Source: Eledone cirrhosa (taxonomy: Eukaryota). Taken from it: 64,000 nucleotides of DNA. The stretch covers positions 194,432,001-194,496,000 of the forward strand of contig OZ024740.1 of the NCBI GenBank assembly GCA_964016885.1. The letters are read 5' to 3'. Position 1 is the first letter of the stretch. Each line of letters starts with the position of its first letter. Under the pieces are notes generated by a model. The model was given only the letters and a program-made list of their open reading frames with translations. It ran no database searches and was not told the origin of the DNA. A program made the position numbers and the translations under genes. This document shows, piece after piece, positions 12,808-27,167 of this stretch.

Positions 12808-13919
12808 AGATTAAAAACCTTTTTTGTATTGCAAACCATGTCAATCTTCTTTCCTGATTTATTATTACTCCAAGTGTTTACAACATAGGAATTACAGCAT
12901 ACTCGCAACATCACTATGAATACGCCTTGTTGAGTCAAACCAAGCCTAGCGTTGATATCATCCACTACCCGGAATACCATAACTGGACTACACCTAAGGG
13001 GACTGGATATAACTATTATTTGTTACCCCGTATATATATATATATATATATAAATATATATTTCGTTTCTGAATTTGTTTAGCAAGATTCTTTATCTGAA
13101 AACGTGTGTTGAAACCGATATTGTTATACTTTGGGTGGGTCTTGTTGCCAATAAGAAACACACGCACCAGTTGCTTTCACTTCAATTTATTATAATAAAT
13201 TTATAAATTTAGGAATTTATAAATTTCCGGTTGGTTGGTTGATTCCACAACCAGATGGTTGTTTATATATTGTCGAAGTTCTTTCGTCACACATTCTGTG
13301 ACCTCTTCAGTGACTGCGGATTCTTTTCTTTGTTTTTTGTGCCTCTCCTTTGTTCTGTCCTACGCCATTTTGTTTCTGTGTGTGTGTTGTGTGCTCAGTC
13401 TGCGCATGCGCCACATCCGGGTGTCTGCGTGTGTTTATATTCGTTTATTTATTTGTTTATTTACATGTTATAGGTTGGTTGGTTGTTCTATGTGCTTGTG
13501 TGTTTTCATTTTGTCCTTAATTGTAAGTTGTGATGCTGCTGTTCCACTCATGTTTTCTATTTAATTTTGATTGTAATTCTTTTATGTTTATTGCCTTTGT
13601 GATTTGTCTAAACATTGCGTCTTTTCTGTGTGTAGATTGTATTTTTATTTCTATGTTCTCTAATTTACCCTTATATTCTATTTTAGCATGTTGGTAGAGT
13701 ACAGATGATTCTTTACTATCTTGAAGGTCTCGCCAGTGTTCATTTATCCGTTCCCCTACACTACGAGCTGTCTCACCTATGTACACTATATTTTTGTCTC
13801 TACATTGTCCTTCAGTACATCTTATGCTATATACTACATTTCTAGTTTTACAGTTAATATGGGGGCTTAATTTACTGGTTATACATTTCTTATCTATACA
13901 GGGGGGTCTTTGAAAAGAG

Positions 13920-15925
13920 CATGAGGATAGAGAAAAAGCCCTCAATGCCCATGTGGTGATGTGGACAAATATAATGCAGCCCAACAAAAGGACTGCCAAC
14001 AACTTCCAGGCCTGGAACAATGACGTGCCAGCGTTGTATGGGTTTCGAAAAGACCATAAAACGGGCAGTGACCCTGTCACGGGACCACCAACACGGCCAG
14101 TCTGTGGAGCTAACATTGCTAGTAACTACAGACTGTCCTACTTCCTCTCCCTGATCATACGCCCCATCATTGAAATGTCCCCAGATGTATGTGACAGCAC
14201 GGAGGACCTCCTCAGCAGAATCGGCGAGAGTAACCGATCTAGGGACCTAACAAACTGCATAATAGGTAGTATGGATGTTGTGTCCCTGTATCCATCTATT
14301 GACGTGGATTTTGTTGTGGAGAAATGCGTAGAAATGATCAGTGAGAGCAATGTTGAGTTCCGTGGGATTGATACCAGTGAGCTGGGACTCTTACTTAAAC
14401 TTACCTATAGTAATAATTACCTAGACACATATGATCTTAGCAACCTGTGCCCTACAAGACCAGCAAGAGGCAGACCACCTACCATTACCTCAATGGCCAA
14501 GAAAACCCACACAGATAGATGGAACGGGTGGACCAGAGCCATACGGACACCCGAAAACCGCGATGAACTAAAGAAAATGATTGAACATGCGGTGGGGGCC
14601 AGCATAAAATTAACCCTTAAGGAACATATGTTCAAATTTAATGGAAAAACATATGCCCAAGAGGAAGGAGCAGCCATTGTGTTAGCATTGCAGACGACAT
14701 AGCTAACTTATTCATGGTATGGTGGGACAGTAGACTTAAACTTAAACTTAAAGAACAATTAGAAGACCCCTTAACCCTGATAATGTACTCCCGATACGTT
14801 GATGATATAAACATCGTAGTTAAAACATCCCCACTAGAGAACAGTCAGGAATTAGAGAAAACCACAATGGAAAGCATCCAGCAAATAGCTAACTCCATCC
14901 ACCAGAGTATTAGAGTTACTATAGACTACCCAAGTAAACACCCCAACCATCGATTACCTGTACTAGACACAGAGCTCTGGTTAGATACCATTAATAACAA
15001 AAAACAAATCCTACATTCCCATCATGCCAAACCCATGACTTCCAAATATCTGATCCACCGAAACTCGGCTGTTTCGGACCATACCAAAATCAACATACTG
15101 ATTGCGGATTTGGTACGGGTGATGAGAAACGTGTCCCGCATGTGCAACCCCGAAGAACTAGAGAGACACATACAACACTTCATCCACCGTATGCAGTTCT
15201 CTGGTTACAATCAGAGAGATAAAAATCAGAGTGTATAGAGGAGCCAGAACCAAATGGGAAAAAATGGTAAATAATGACACAAATGGGACCTGCCCCTTGT
15301 ATAGGAGCAAATTTTGGAATAGAATAGAAAGAACTAGGAATAAGGCTAATAGAATAAACTCATGGTATGATAGCAATAAATACCAGAGTGTAATGTTCAT
15401 CGATACAACCCCTAGAGGTGAATTAGCTTAAACATTTAGAAGGGCCCTAGATAAACATAAACTCAATATTAAGATAGTAGAAAGACCAGGTACCTCCGTA
15501 AAAACACTTATTAGCAAGACATACCCTTTTCAAAGACCCCCTGTATAGATAAGAAATGTATAACCTGTAAATTAAGCCCCCATATTAACTGTAAAACTAG
15601 AAATGTAGTATATAGCATAAGATGTACTGAAGGACAATGTAGAGACACAAATATAGTGTACATAGGTGAGACAGCTCGTAGTGTAGGGGAACGGATAAAT
15701 GAACACTGGCGAGACCTTCAAGATAGTAAAGAATCATCTGTACTCTACCAACATGCTAAAATAGAACATAAGGGTAAATTAGAGAACATAGAAAGAAAAA
15801 TACAATCTACACACAGAAAAGACGCAATGTTTAGACAAATCACAGAGGCAATAAACATAAAAGAATTACAACCAAAATTAAATAGAAAACATGAGTGGAA
15901 CAGCAACATCACAACTTACAATTAA
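13920..15925 (+). pseudogene. PLE reverse transcriptase-GIY-YIG ORF, frameshifted
   Basis: LYGFRKDHK, PTRPV, SMDVVSLYPSI, YSRYVDD, LPVLD, NVVYSIRC...YIGETAR; split over ORFs 13953, 14714, 15231 and 15656. Confidence 0.93.
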
Positions 15926-16127
15926 GGACAAAATGAAAACACACACGCACATAGAACAAACAACCAACCTGTAACATGTAAATAAACAAATAAATAAACG
16001 AATATAAACATACACAGACACCCGGATGTGGCGCATGCGCAGACTGAGCACACAACACACACATATAAACAAAATGGCGTAGGACAGAACAAAGGAGAGG
16101 CACAAAAAACAAAGAAAAGAATCCCCA

Positions 16128-16170
16128 GTCACTGAAGAGGTCACATAATGTGTGACGAAAGAACTTTGAC
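16128..16170 (+). ncRNA. Minimal hammerhead in the PLE 3' repeat (mirror copy at ~13272-13314 -)
   Basis: gtca / CTGAAGA-g / gtcaca...tgtgac / GAAAGAACTT / tgac. Confidence 0.85.
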
Positions 16171-16370
16171 AACCATCTGGTTGTGGAACCAACCAACCAA
16201 CCGGAAATTTATAAATTCCTAAATTTATAAATGTATTATAATAAATTGAAGTGAAAGCAACTGGAGAGTGTGTTTCTTATTGGCAACATGACCCTCCCAA
16301 AGTATAACAATATATATATATATATATGTATAAGTATTAAGTTGTTATATATATATATATATATATATAT

Positions 16371-16573
16371 AACGAAGAAAATGTGGTAAGGAACCAGGTG
16401 GACCATAACGCACCAAAGTACTCAATACTTGGGGTAGTAGAGTGGGTAATAGGAACCAGTAAGACCCCGACGGCTGAGCTCAAGCCGTTTCGACGGCTAA
16501 TTCTGGACTAAAATTTTAGTCCAGAATTAGCCGTCGAAACGGCTTGAGCTCAGCCGTCGGGGTCTTACTGGTT

Positions 16574-16578
<5 letters not shown>
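16371..16578. mobile_element. Family P insertion with a perfect 130-bp palindrome (16449-16578)
   Basis: centre aaaa|tttt at 16513/16514; homologous to 18426, 19812 and 23069; (TA)n flanks. Confidence 0.9.
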
Positions 16579-16622
<44 letters not shown>

Positions 16623-17685
16623 AAGTATTAAGTTGAATACTTTCATTGATAACACAACTTGTTTTGTTAACTTTGATCAACACCATCATTTATCTATAAT
16701 TTAGTACTATACCTAATCCCTATATATCTATTGAATTTTTTTAACAGTGAATTTTTAATACATTTGTAATCTCTTTTAAATTTTAGTTTTAATAGCCAAT
16801 CCAAAAATGTTTACGAAACGTATCTAGAACTCCAAAAGTTTAATGACTTTTTGATCTATTATTTATAGTATAATATAGCATATATTTCTTTTAAATATAC
16901 TTACTGCACTATAATATCTAAATTTGATACGGATTCAAACTTATATATAAATGTTGAATTTTTTCGCTGTACTTTTGATCACTTATTTATTTATTTATAA
17001 TATAATGTTTTATAATATATATGTAGTTATATATTGTATTCTATATATTTTTAAATATTTTTAAATATACCTACCATACGTCTATATACATGATTCAAAT
17101 ATAGAGAAAATATCCAAACTAAAAATTATTATAGACAATATTTTGAACTTTATACATGCACTCATTGTTCGTTTTTCTTATATGTATATATATATATATA
17201 TTTAAATGTAACATGTTGTTAAGAGTATAACTGTTAACATTTACCTAAAGTATACTACATTGAAAATACCTAATATATATATATATACATCCCTATAACT
17301 AATAATACGTTGATATCTTGGTTGAAGAATAATTATACATATGTATAAATTTCATCTGTAACATATTATTTTATTTTATTTTATTTTCACCTTATATATA
17401 CTGACTCATTAATATATACCTATATACATAATAGTTATTCAAATATTTATAACAATAAGTACTTCAAAAGATTTACATACCTAATATGTTGAGATATTTG
17501 TTAAAGTTTAGAGTTAGGTAATTAATCAACAGTTTAATATTTCATTCTTTACGTGCCAGCTAAATCCTTTAAAATGTTATTCTCACAATTCAGAAGTTTA
17601 GAAATGATAACACACTTATCGAATTTATATGAATAATATATAATTAAATAGCAAATAATCCTGAAATCTGGAGTCTTCACATTAA

Positions 17686-17868
17686 TTGTTTCTACTTTAG
17701 GCACAAGGCCAGCAATTACCCAGTGCATTACTGGTACTTTATTTTATCGACCCCGTAAGGATGAAAGGCAAAGTTAACCTCGGCGGGATTTGAACTCAGA
17801 ATGGAAAGGGCCGTAACTCTATCCTGCAGAGCATGGCGTCAGACCCTCTACCGATACTGCCAATTCAC
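17686..17868 (-). mobile_element. SINE family B
   Basis: near reverse complement of 61392-61500, plus the tRNA-like head. Confidence 0.85.
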
Positions 17869-18220
17869 ATGAGTCTGCACATTAATATTATAAATTAAAT
17901 ATTTCCAAATTCTAACCATTTAACTTTCGAAAGAAAAACCCCACACTTTATCTTTCCCTCCTTATAAATCTTTTTCCAGTGGCTATCACTGGCTGTTATA
18001 AATCATGAGACGTTTCCCTAGATATAGTATCATGCAATTTAAAATTTTAGAACATTTTAAGTATGCAACGTTTTTTCTTACTCACACATTCTCTAATGAA
18101 TTCATTACGTTTTCGCACTCTCACACAGATAGTATATAAGCAAAATTTTCTATCGGGTAATCACTACCTCGATTAAATCTTAACCCTTTAATATCTCAGG
18201 GTATGTCATGTATCATTATA

Positions 18221-18281
18221 TTTTGTCTGATGAGGACGTACTGTTTTACATCCGAAATATGTATAATAAAATGTAATTGAT
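18221..18281 (+). ncRNA. Type I hammerhead ribozyme
   Basis: ttttgt / CTGATGA / ggacgta-ctgttt-tacatcc / GAAAT-ATGT-ATA / ataaaa. Confidence 0.85.
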
Positions 18282-18358
18282 CAAAAGAACATCTATTTTA
18301 TTGATACTTATATTTTAATATATATATGTATATGTATATATATATATATGTATATATG

Positions 18359-18398
<40 letters not shown>

Positions 18399-18425
18399 TA
18401 TTCGGATCTAGCTGTTGACACACCC

Positions 18426-18543
18426 GGAGCTCAGCCGTCGGGGTCCTGTAACTTTTCCTATTACCAAGTCTACCCACCTTGTGTATGTATTGAGTACTCT
18501 AGTGCGATATAGTCCATCTGGTATCTTACCGCACCCTCTTTCT

Positions 18544-18547
<4 letters not shown>
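18426..18547 (+). mobile_element. Family P fragment (non-palindromic)
   Basis: 'gagctcagccgtcggggtcc...gagtactctagtgcgatatagtccatctgg' homologous to 19895-20007. Confidence 0.8.
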
Positions 18548-18637
<90 letters not shown>

Positions 18638-18830
18638 TGGTAAACGGAAAAGAAAATGCTGACAAATTGTTCACAGTGAAAAATAGTTTAATTAGGAATA
18701 AGTGAAAATTAGTAATAAGTATTGGTTAGTATTCAGTTTTGGTTTTAAGTTTTACCGGTTGCGCATTTCTAATGCTTTTCAAAAATAATTTTGAGATAGA
18801 GCGCCCGTGATGTTTGCTCTAATCTATATT

Positions 18831-19285
<455 letters not shown>

Positions 19286-19779
19286 CCGATGATATCGCGT
19301 GACCGGTTGCGTGATTGAACAACCACGTAGCGACGATCCTCATTGGAAAAAATTGTATCGCAGCTGCGTTAATGCAGGACTCATTAACATCTACACCGAA
19401 CTTCACATTTTCCTTATTCAACATAACTTCCGTCATTGACTGTCAAATCATATTGAGCAGAAATAACACGACGTTGAGTACTTGACTCGAATTGCATCAT
19501 TATTTACTGATTGGGGTTTATTGTACCTGTTTACCGTACATGTTTACCGATGACTTCGTCTCGGTATTATATATATGTTTTGGTTGTTGTAGTATTAACG
19601 TGGAAACAAGCCCCTGGTCACATTATTCAATGTGTAACTATTACCTAACTTCTTGTGTTCACTCTAAAGAGAAAAATATTAAGTACTTTATCATCGAATA
19701 CTTCGTGGCAGTCTTCGATGACGAGGTTAATCTGCTACTTACAGCTGCAACTTCGATTATACACATTACTATTATATAT

Positions 19780-19811
<32 letters not shown>

Positions 19812-20040
19812 GAAAATGTTCAGGACCCCGACGGCAGAGCTAAAGCCGTTTCGGCGGCTATTTCTGGACCAGAAATAGCCGTCGAAACGGCTTCAGCTCT
19901 GCCGTCGGGGTCCTGAACATTTTCCTATTACCCACTCTAATACCCAAAGTATCGAGTACTCTGGTGCGTTATGGTCCACCTGGTTCCGTACCACACTCCC
20001 TTCGTTATATATATAACGAAGGGAGTGTGGTAAGGAACTG

Positions 20041-20042
<2 letters not shown>
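19812..20042. mobile_element. Family P insertion: palindrome 19812-19924, tail, and a second small inversion
   Basis: centre at 19868; 20015-20042 is a reverse copy of 19979-20007 across (TA)n. Confidence 0.9.
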
Positions 20043-20078
<36 letters not shown>

Positions 20079-20097
20079 CAGTTCCTTACCACACTCC

Positions 20098-21880
20098 GCA
20101 CGCCATCTCACAGTCTGTGGCCTACTCCGGTGCCACGGAACACCCGCCCATCGCCTTACGGTCGAACAACGAACTATCTTCATCTTACAGACCCACACTC
20201 CCCCCGGCCTGAACTCCCCACCCTTATTCCTTTAGCGTTCGACCCTCCCCCCCCCCACACACACACACTTATCCCCCACTAACACCACTAACACACCCCT
20301 CCTTTTTTCACCGCCCACCCCACACTAACAATACTAACACCTCCACTCCACCCCTCATCTGACCACCCTTCCCCAACTAACATACTAACATCCCTTCCCT
20401 CCCTTCTTCTCCTCCTCCCCCCTCCTTATCACACGCACACACCCACCGACACATATATACACACGCTCACACTAAACACACACCCTACTACCACCACTAA
20501 CCCTCACCCCCACACCTCTCACCCCCACACCTCCATCCCACCACCCCGCAACTAACCTCACTAACACCCCCTAACCCCAAGCACACGAACACACCCACCC
20601 ACTTACACCACCCACCCCACACGCAACTAACATCACTAACACCCCCCAACCCCACGCACACGTACCCACACACCCTCGTACACCACCAACTCTACACACC
20701 CTACCACCACTAACCCCCACTCACACCTGCATTCAACCCCTCCCCACCTCCCGTATACTAACACCCACTAACACCTCTTCATCAAACTACACACACACCA
20801 GTACACCACACTCCCTCCATAGAACCACACACACCCTTATCTCCCCGCTCCACCCACACCCTCGCTCCACACTCACTCATCCCACTAACACCCCTACTAA
20901 TACACACACACACACACACACCCTCCTCACTCCAACTTTCACACCTACCCATCCTCGCCCCCTTACCATTCTACCAACTGCTGCTATGCCCTTCTGACCA
21001 CCTCCCAACACCAACAGACCACAGCGCTCCCACTGCTGACCACTTTCTGTTGCGCGCGCACCCCACATTTCTCCTCTTCCGACCACCACTTCATGGATTA
21101 CCCACACGCAGAAATTGACTTACCACCAATCCTCTAAACATCCTTGGAACTTACCAACTTTTCAACCATCCTCTTACGTAATCACCTATATAACTCACCC
21201 ACACACACACCCCAAAAAATTAGTTTTTCTCCACACGCCACCCACACCCACAACACGCTTAAACCCCACACACACGTGCGTACCACCACATATTTACACC
21301 CTCAGCCTCCTGATTCCTCTCCCCCCACCCCCCTATCCACACACGCTTAGACACTCCGACCCACAAAAACACCCCCCACACACACCTCTTCCTGAACATG
21401 CAACCCCGTTCTTCCCCCAACCCTTACTTTCACATACACACACACACACACACACCTACACACACACACCACCTTCAGCCCTCCCCGCTCGGACACCCCG
21501 TCTCCCTCTCCCCACTCCACCCGCCACCACCCCTACTCACCCCACACCCTTCCACCACCTGTTTACCCCCTTTTAATTTCAGTTTATTTTGATCATGCCT
21601 TTATTTTTAAATTTTCTCATTCCTTGTATTTTGATCATGCTTTATTTTTATTTTTTTATCTTTATTTGTTATTTTTTCATTCGCACCGTTTCCTTTCGCT
21701 ATATGTCTCTCCACCACTCCCCTACACACCTTTTGAACTCTGTCCCCACACACTTCTCACCTGAAGAAGGGCTTATGCCCGAAACGTCGTCCCCCACCTA
21801 CCCCCCACTCTCCTGAGCGTGAAATTAATAAACATTTATTGTACTGCCTCTCTGTTTTGTCCCTGTTCAAATTTCTCCAT
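20098..21880 (+). mobile_element. PLE 3' fragment: end of GIY-YIG ORF, ~1.6-kb C/A-rich 3' UTR, terminal HHR
   Basis: 20101-20215 translates HLTVCGLLRCHG...RLTVEQRTIFILQTHTP/GLN (typical PLE C-terminus); CTGAAGA-agggc-ttat-gccc-GAAACGTC at 21761-21788; AATAAA then (TA)n. Confidence 0.8.
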
Positions 21881-22618
21881 TATATATATATATATATATA
21901 TTGCTATAAGTAGTTATCATAAATTAATATAATTACATGTGTCAGACGATTCTCACATCAAATATAAATTGTCTGCCTAATCTAAAGCCAAATTTTGAAA
22001 TCTTCAGCGTGGTGTTGTCATGCAACATGAAATTAGTTTGTATATCCTAGTCTAGGGTCCTTTTACTTTTATTGTAAATAGTCAAGAAACTAACACGTTT
22101 GTTCTTTAAGATGTTGATGCTCGATTAGTACTTACGTTTCTCATATATATTGAGAGGATAGGAAAGAAAAGTAACTTTGAATGGTGTCACAGTTAATGTT
22201 ACACAGTTACTCGTATAGTTTATATTTATCTCGTTCATTGACTTAATTCACTCACCGAATCATTCAATGAAAATTAAACTTAATTTGAAACATCTTTCTA
22301 AGTAAACTTAATTCATATAAATGGTATTTTCATAACCTTTGTTCAACAAGGTTTCATAGTTCCGTTGTTTATACGTACGAATATTAATAAAAGTAGTAAA
22401 AATGTGTTTCAAAAAATTAGCATTTAAATTTACGCTCATTTTAAAATCAAACTTAAATCTTTATAATATGCAAATTTAGAATTTAGCTTTCAGTTATCTG
22501 AAAAACAGAAACTCTCAGTAGAATTTGTAAAACAACGTCCAAAAAACTGAACTTATATACGTATACTTCTGATATATGAATAAACAATCAATAACAAACC
22601 ACACACGTGTGCGCATAT

Positions 22619-22664
<46 letters not shown>

Positions 22665-22670
22665 GCGCGC

Positions 22671-22704
<34 letters not shown>

Positions 22705-22708
22705 GAAG

Positions 22709-22920
22709 GGGTGTGGCTGAGTGGTTAGAGAATTGGATTCGCAATCGCGAGGTTGTGAATTCAATTCCTGGACCAGGTGATGCGTTATGTCCTTGAGCAA
22801 GACACTTTATTTCACGTTTCTCCTTCCACCTGGAGTTGCAACCGATAGATAGTATTAGTAATTTGAAAGATCAATGGAAACATTGTTTCCTCCGTCCGAT
22901 TTGACGAAGGTTAATCATTC
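22709..22920 (+). mobile_element. tRNA-derived SINE family A
   Basis: A box tggctgagtgg, B-box-like attcaattcc, core tgtccttgagcaagacacttta. Confidence 0.85.
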
Positions 22921-23068
22921 AAAAAATATATATATATATATAAAATGATGTGTATTTAAAATATCATAGTATTTCAATAATTCATACATTAACTGATTGA
23001 GCATTCAATACTGGTAGTTAGAGTGACCTCGAAGTTTCAGATTAGTCGCTATATATATATATATAGGA

Positions 23069-23172
23069 AAAAGTTTAACTCCGACGGCAGAGCTCAAGCC
23101 GTTTCGACGGCTATTTCGGGTCCAGAAATAGCCGTCAAAACGGCTTGAGCTCTGCCGTCGGGGTTAAATTTT
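23069..23172. mobile_element. Family P palindrome (104 bp) in (TA)n
   Basis: ccgacggcagagctcaagccgtttcgacggctatttc...gaaatagccgtc...gagctctgccgtcgg. Confidence 0.9.
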
Positions 23173-23685
23173 ATATATATATAGTTTTAATATAGATCAG
23201 ATTCTACAGGACTAGAACTGTTTAATTCTTTAGAAATCATCAGAAATCTGATTATCCAAAAATAAATATGGTATTTATAGGTCTTTTCAGGTGGTAGGAG
23301 AGGGTGGGGAGTGGGATGGGTAGAGGTCATTGGTTGATAGAAAAGGGAATTCATTAAAAGTTAATTCTTTAAATCTATAATTTATATTGAGAGTGACAAA
23401 GGCAGAAAGAATTCTATAAACAAGTTCAGAATGGGATGCCACTCTTATTTTAAAGTTTCTCTTAAGCTAACAATGCCTATATTTCAGGTGTTTATAAGAT
23501 CGTGATCGATGGATATAAAGAAAAGGGATATTCTTTAAAAGATAAATTTTTAAAGTTCTACTTAGAGTGACAAATGCCAAGAGAATTCTATAGACCAATT
23601 TAAAATATTGGGTGCCTATCATATCATTATCTTCAAATTTCTCTTAAGCTATATTCCAGATGTCATCAGACACATTCACAAACAG

Positions 23686-23722
<37 letters not shown>

Positions 23723-24257
23723 CATTCATATACATACACACATACATACATATATATATATACATATACATACATACATATATATATATACATACATATA
23801 TAAAGAATTAGTATATCTACCAATATATATATACAGATGCATACCTATGCTAGCAAATATATAGGTTTTGTCTTAGTAACTTTGTGGTTCAATGCAAGGG
23901 GATGTAGAACAATTATATGAAAGACGTAAAATAAGAAAATTATAAAAAATTATAAGTTGGTAGATATACTAATTCTTTATAATTATCTCCAAATTATTTG
24001 TTGAGCAAAAATTTGCCAAAACTACTGCTATGGTTCATGGTAGTAGTCAGGCTCCTGTCTTATTAGCACCCCACTCCTCACTGATTAACCTCAGTGTTAC
24101 GTGATTGATTCTTTTGAATTTGCCACCGACCAAGTAGGCAGTGATTTTTTCAATGTCTTGGAATTTAGTCCCCGCTCGCTTTTTTCCATCCACTGAATTA
24201 TTTTTGTATAAGTTCCCTGTGTCCACGCATTGCCTGGGAACTTAGCTGAGAATAGAG

Positions 24258-24336
24258 TCCCTGATGACGTAAGGATTTTCTCTGTGGTTCCATTCCGAAA
24301 CCATGTTTATTCCCTTACAGAAACTAATTAGTTGGA
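24258..24336 (+). ncRNA. Type I hammerhead ribozyme with long stem II
   Basis: tcc / CTGATGA / gtaagg...ccttac / GAAAC-TAATTA-GTT / gga. Confidence 0.8.
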
Positions 24337-24389
24337 GTGAAATTATAGTAAGTTGATTTTTATAATTTTCTTATTTTACGTCTTTCATA

Positions 24390-24532
24390 CATACATATAT
24401 ATACATATATACATATATATATATGTATATATACACACATACATAGATACACATATATATATACATACATATACTCATATATTTATATATAAATATAAAT
24501 ATTTATACATATATATATATATATATATACAT

Positions 24533-24609
<77 letters not shown>

Positions 24610-24640
24610 TATGTATATATATATATATATATATATACAT

Positions 24641-24671
<31 letters not shown>

Positions 24672-24736
24672 CACATATATACAAACGCATACATATATAT
24701 ATATGTATATATATATACGTATACACACATGCACAC

Positions 24737-24767
<31 letters not shown>

Positions 24768-24776
24768 CATACATAT

Positions 24777-24859
<83 letters not shown>

Positions 24860-24860
24860 A

Positions 24861-24891
<31 letters not shown>

Positions 24892-25137
24892 GATATATAT
24901 ACACACATATATACATATATATATATACACACACACATATACAAATATACACACATATATATATATACATATATATATACATATACACACACATATATAT
25001 ATATATACACATATACACACATATATACATACACACATATATACATAAACACACACACACACAGACACGTACATATACACATAAATACATATATACACAT
25101 ATATATATATATACACATAATATATATATATATATAT
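24390..25137. repeat. Compound (TA)/(CA)/(TACA) microsatellite
   Basis: direct reading. Confidence 0.97.
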
Positions 25138-26580
25138 AGTGAAAAATTGAACGGGAACAAAACAGAGAGGCAGTACGAACAAATGTTTATTAGTTTCACG
25201 CTCTTGAGGGTGGTGTGGTGGTGGGGGACGACGTTTCGGGCATAAGCCCTTCTTCAGGTGAAAAGTGTGTAGGAAGAGAGTTCCTAGGGTGTGTTGGGGA
25301 GTGGGGGAGAGACATTTAGAAGAAAATGGGTGAGAGGAAATGGTACAAAAGAAAATAAATATAAAAGCATAATAAAAATAAAAATAAACATGAAGTAAAA
25401 CAAGTGGTGGAAGGAGGTGGGGCAGGTGGAGTGGGGAGAGGAAGGCCGGGTGTCCGAGCAGGGAGGGCTGAAGGTGGTGTGTGTGTGTGTGTGTAGGTGT
25501 ACGTGTGTGTGTGTGTGTGTGTATGTGAATGTGAGAGTTGGGGGAAGAACGGGGTTGCATGTGCAGGAAAAGGTGTGTTTGGGTGGGGTGTAGGTCGGTG
25601 TGTGTGTGCGTGTTTGGATTGGGAGTGGTCAGAGGGGTGGTGGATGGGAGGAGAGGATTCCGGAGGCTGAGTGTGTAAATATGTGGTGGTACGCACGTGG
25701 GTGTTGTGTTTATACGTATTGTGGATGTAGGTGGCGTGTGAAAAATAAATTTGTTTATTGTATGTCCGTGGGTGACTTCCTAAGGTAATTCCGTAGCGGA
25801 TGTGGTGGGATGCCGGGTAATTTCCTTGTGATGGAGTTGATTCGGGGGAGCGATGTCCAATGTGTGTAATCGTGGTTGGGTTGGTCGGAAGAGGGGAGAT
25901 GTGGGGGTGTGCGCGCAACGGGAAGTGGTCAGAGGGTCAAGGCAGGAGGAGGGTTGTGTCTCTGTGTGTGCGGAGAGGTGGTCAGAGAGACAGGGCATAG
26001 CAACAGTCGGAGAAAATGGTAAGTGAAGAAAGTCGGTGTGTCAGTGTGTGCGGAGATGTGGTGGACAGGGGAGAGGATGGGTAGGTGTGAAAGGTGGAGT
26101 GGGGAGCGGTGTGTATTAGTAGAGGTGTTAGTGGGATGTGTGTGTGTGTAAGAAGGGGAGTGGGTGGGTCGGGAAGGGGAGGGGAAGAGAAAGGTGCGAG
26201 GGCCGGTGGAGGGAGTGTAGTGTACTGGTGTGTGTGTGTGTGGTGAAGGGGGTGTTAGTGTGTGTTAGTATACTGGTGGTGGGAAAAGGGTTGAATGCGG
26301 GTGTTAGTGGGGGTTAGTGGTGGTAGGGTGTGTAGAGTGGGTGGTGTAAGTGAGTGTGCGTGGAGTCGGGGGGTGCTAGTGATATTAGTTGTGGGGTGGT
26401 GGGAGTGGATGTGTGGGTGTGAGGTTAGTGGTGGTAGTAGGGCATGTGGTTAGTGTGAGTGCTTGTATATATGTACCGGTGGGTGTGTGCGTGATAAGGG
26501 GAGGGGGAGAAGAAAGGAGGGATGTTAGTATTGTTAGTTGGAGAAGTGAGATCGGGTGTGGGGTGGGGGTGTTAGTATTG
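25138..26580 (-). mobile_element. Second, diverged copy of the C/A-rich PLE 3' UTR with terminal HHR (~25231-25258)
   Basis: reverse complement aligns to ~20310-21880; 'gacgtttcgggcataagcccttcttcagg'. Confidence 0.85.
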
Positions 26581-26581
26581 T

Positions 26582-27108
26582 TATATATATATAGACACAC
26601 ACACACGCACACATATACACACACATACACATATATAAATATATACACATATATACACATAAAAATATGTATATATATATGCACACACACACACATATAT
26701 ATACACATATACATACATATATATATACATACATATATATACACACACACGCACACATATACACACACATATATTTACCCACATATATACACAAAAATAT
26801 ATATACACATACATACATATATATACATATATATACACATATATACATATATATATACACATACATATATATATACACATATATATACATACATATATAT
26901 ATATATACATATATTCATATATATACACATACATACATATGTATATACGTACATATATACATATATATACACATACAAACATATATATACACATATATAT
27001 ACATATATATATATACACACATATACACACATATATACATACACATATATACATACACATACACAAACATATACATACATACAATCATAGATATACACAC
27101 ACATATAA

Positions 27109-27160
<52 letters not shown>
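26582..27160. repeat. Compound TA/CA microsatellite
   Basis: direct reading. Confidence 0.97.

Positions 27161-27167
<7 letters not shown>

Larger units (their letters stand above)
13043..16312 (+). mobile_element. Penelope-like retroelement, 5'-truncated, with an inverted copy of its 3' end upstream
   Basis: RT plus GIY-YIG on + (13920-15925); 13120-13917 is the reverse complement of 15526-16312; (TA)n on both sides; HHR in both terminal repeats. Confidence 0.95.

Noticed and set aside
13517-14116. 199-aa minus ORF as a stand-alone GIY-YIG gene
   Set aside because: It is a chimera of antisense RT sequence and the inverted PLE 3' copy.
22709-22780. tRNA gene
   Set aside because: No complete cloverleaf, and it continues into a SINE core; the same holds at 48700 and 56349.
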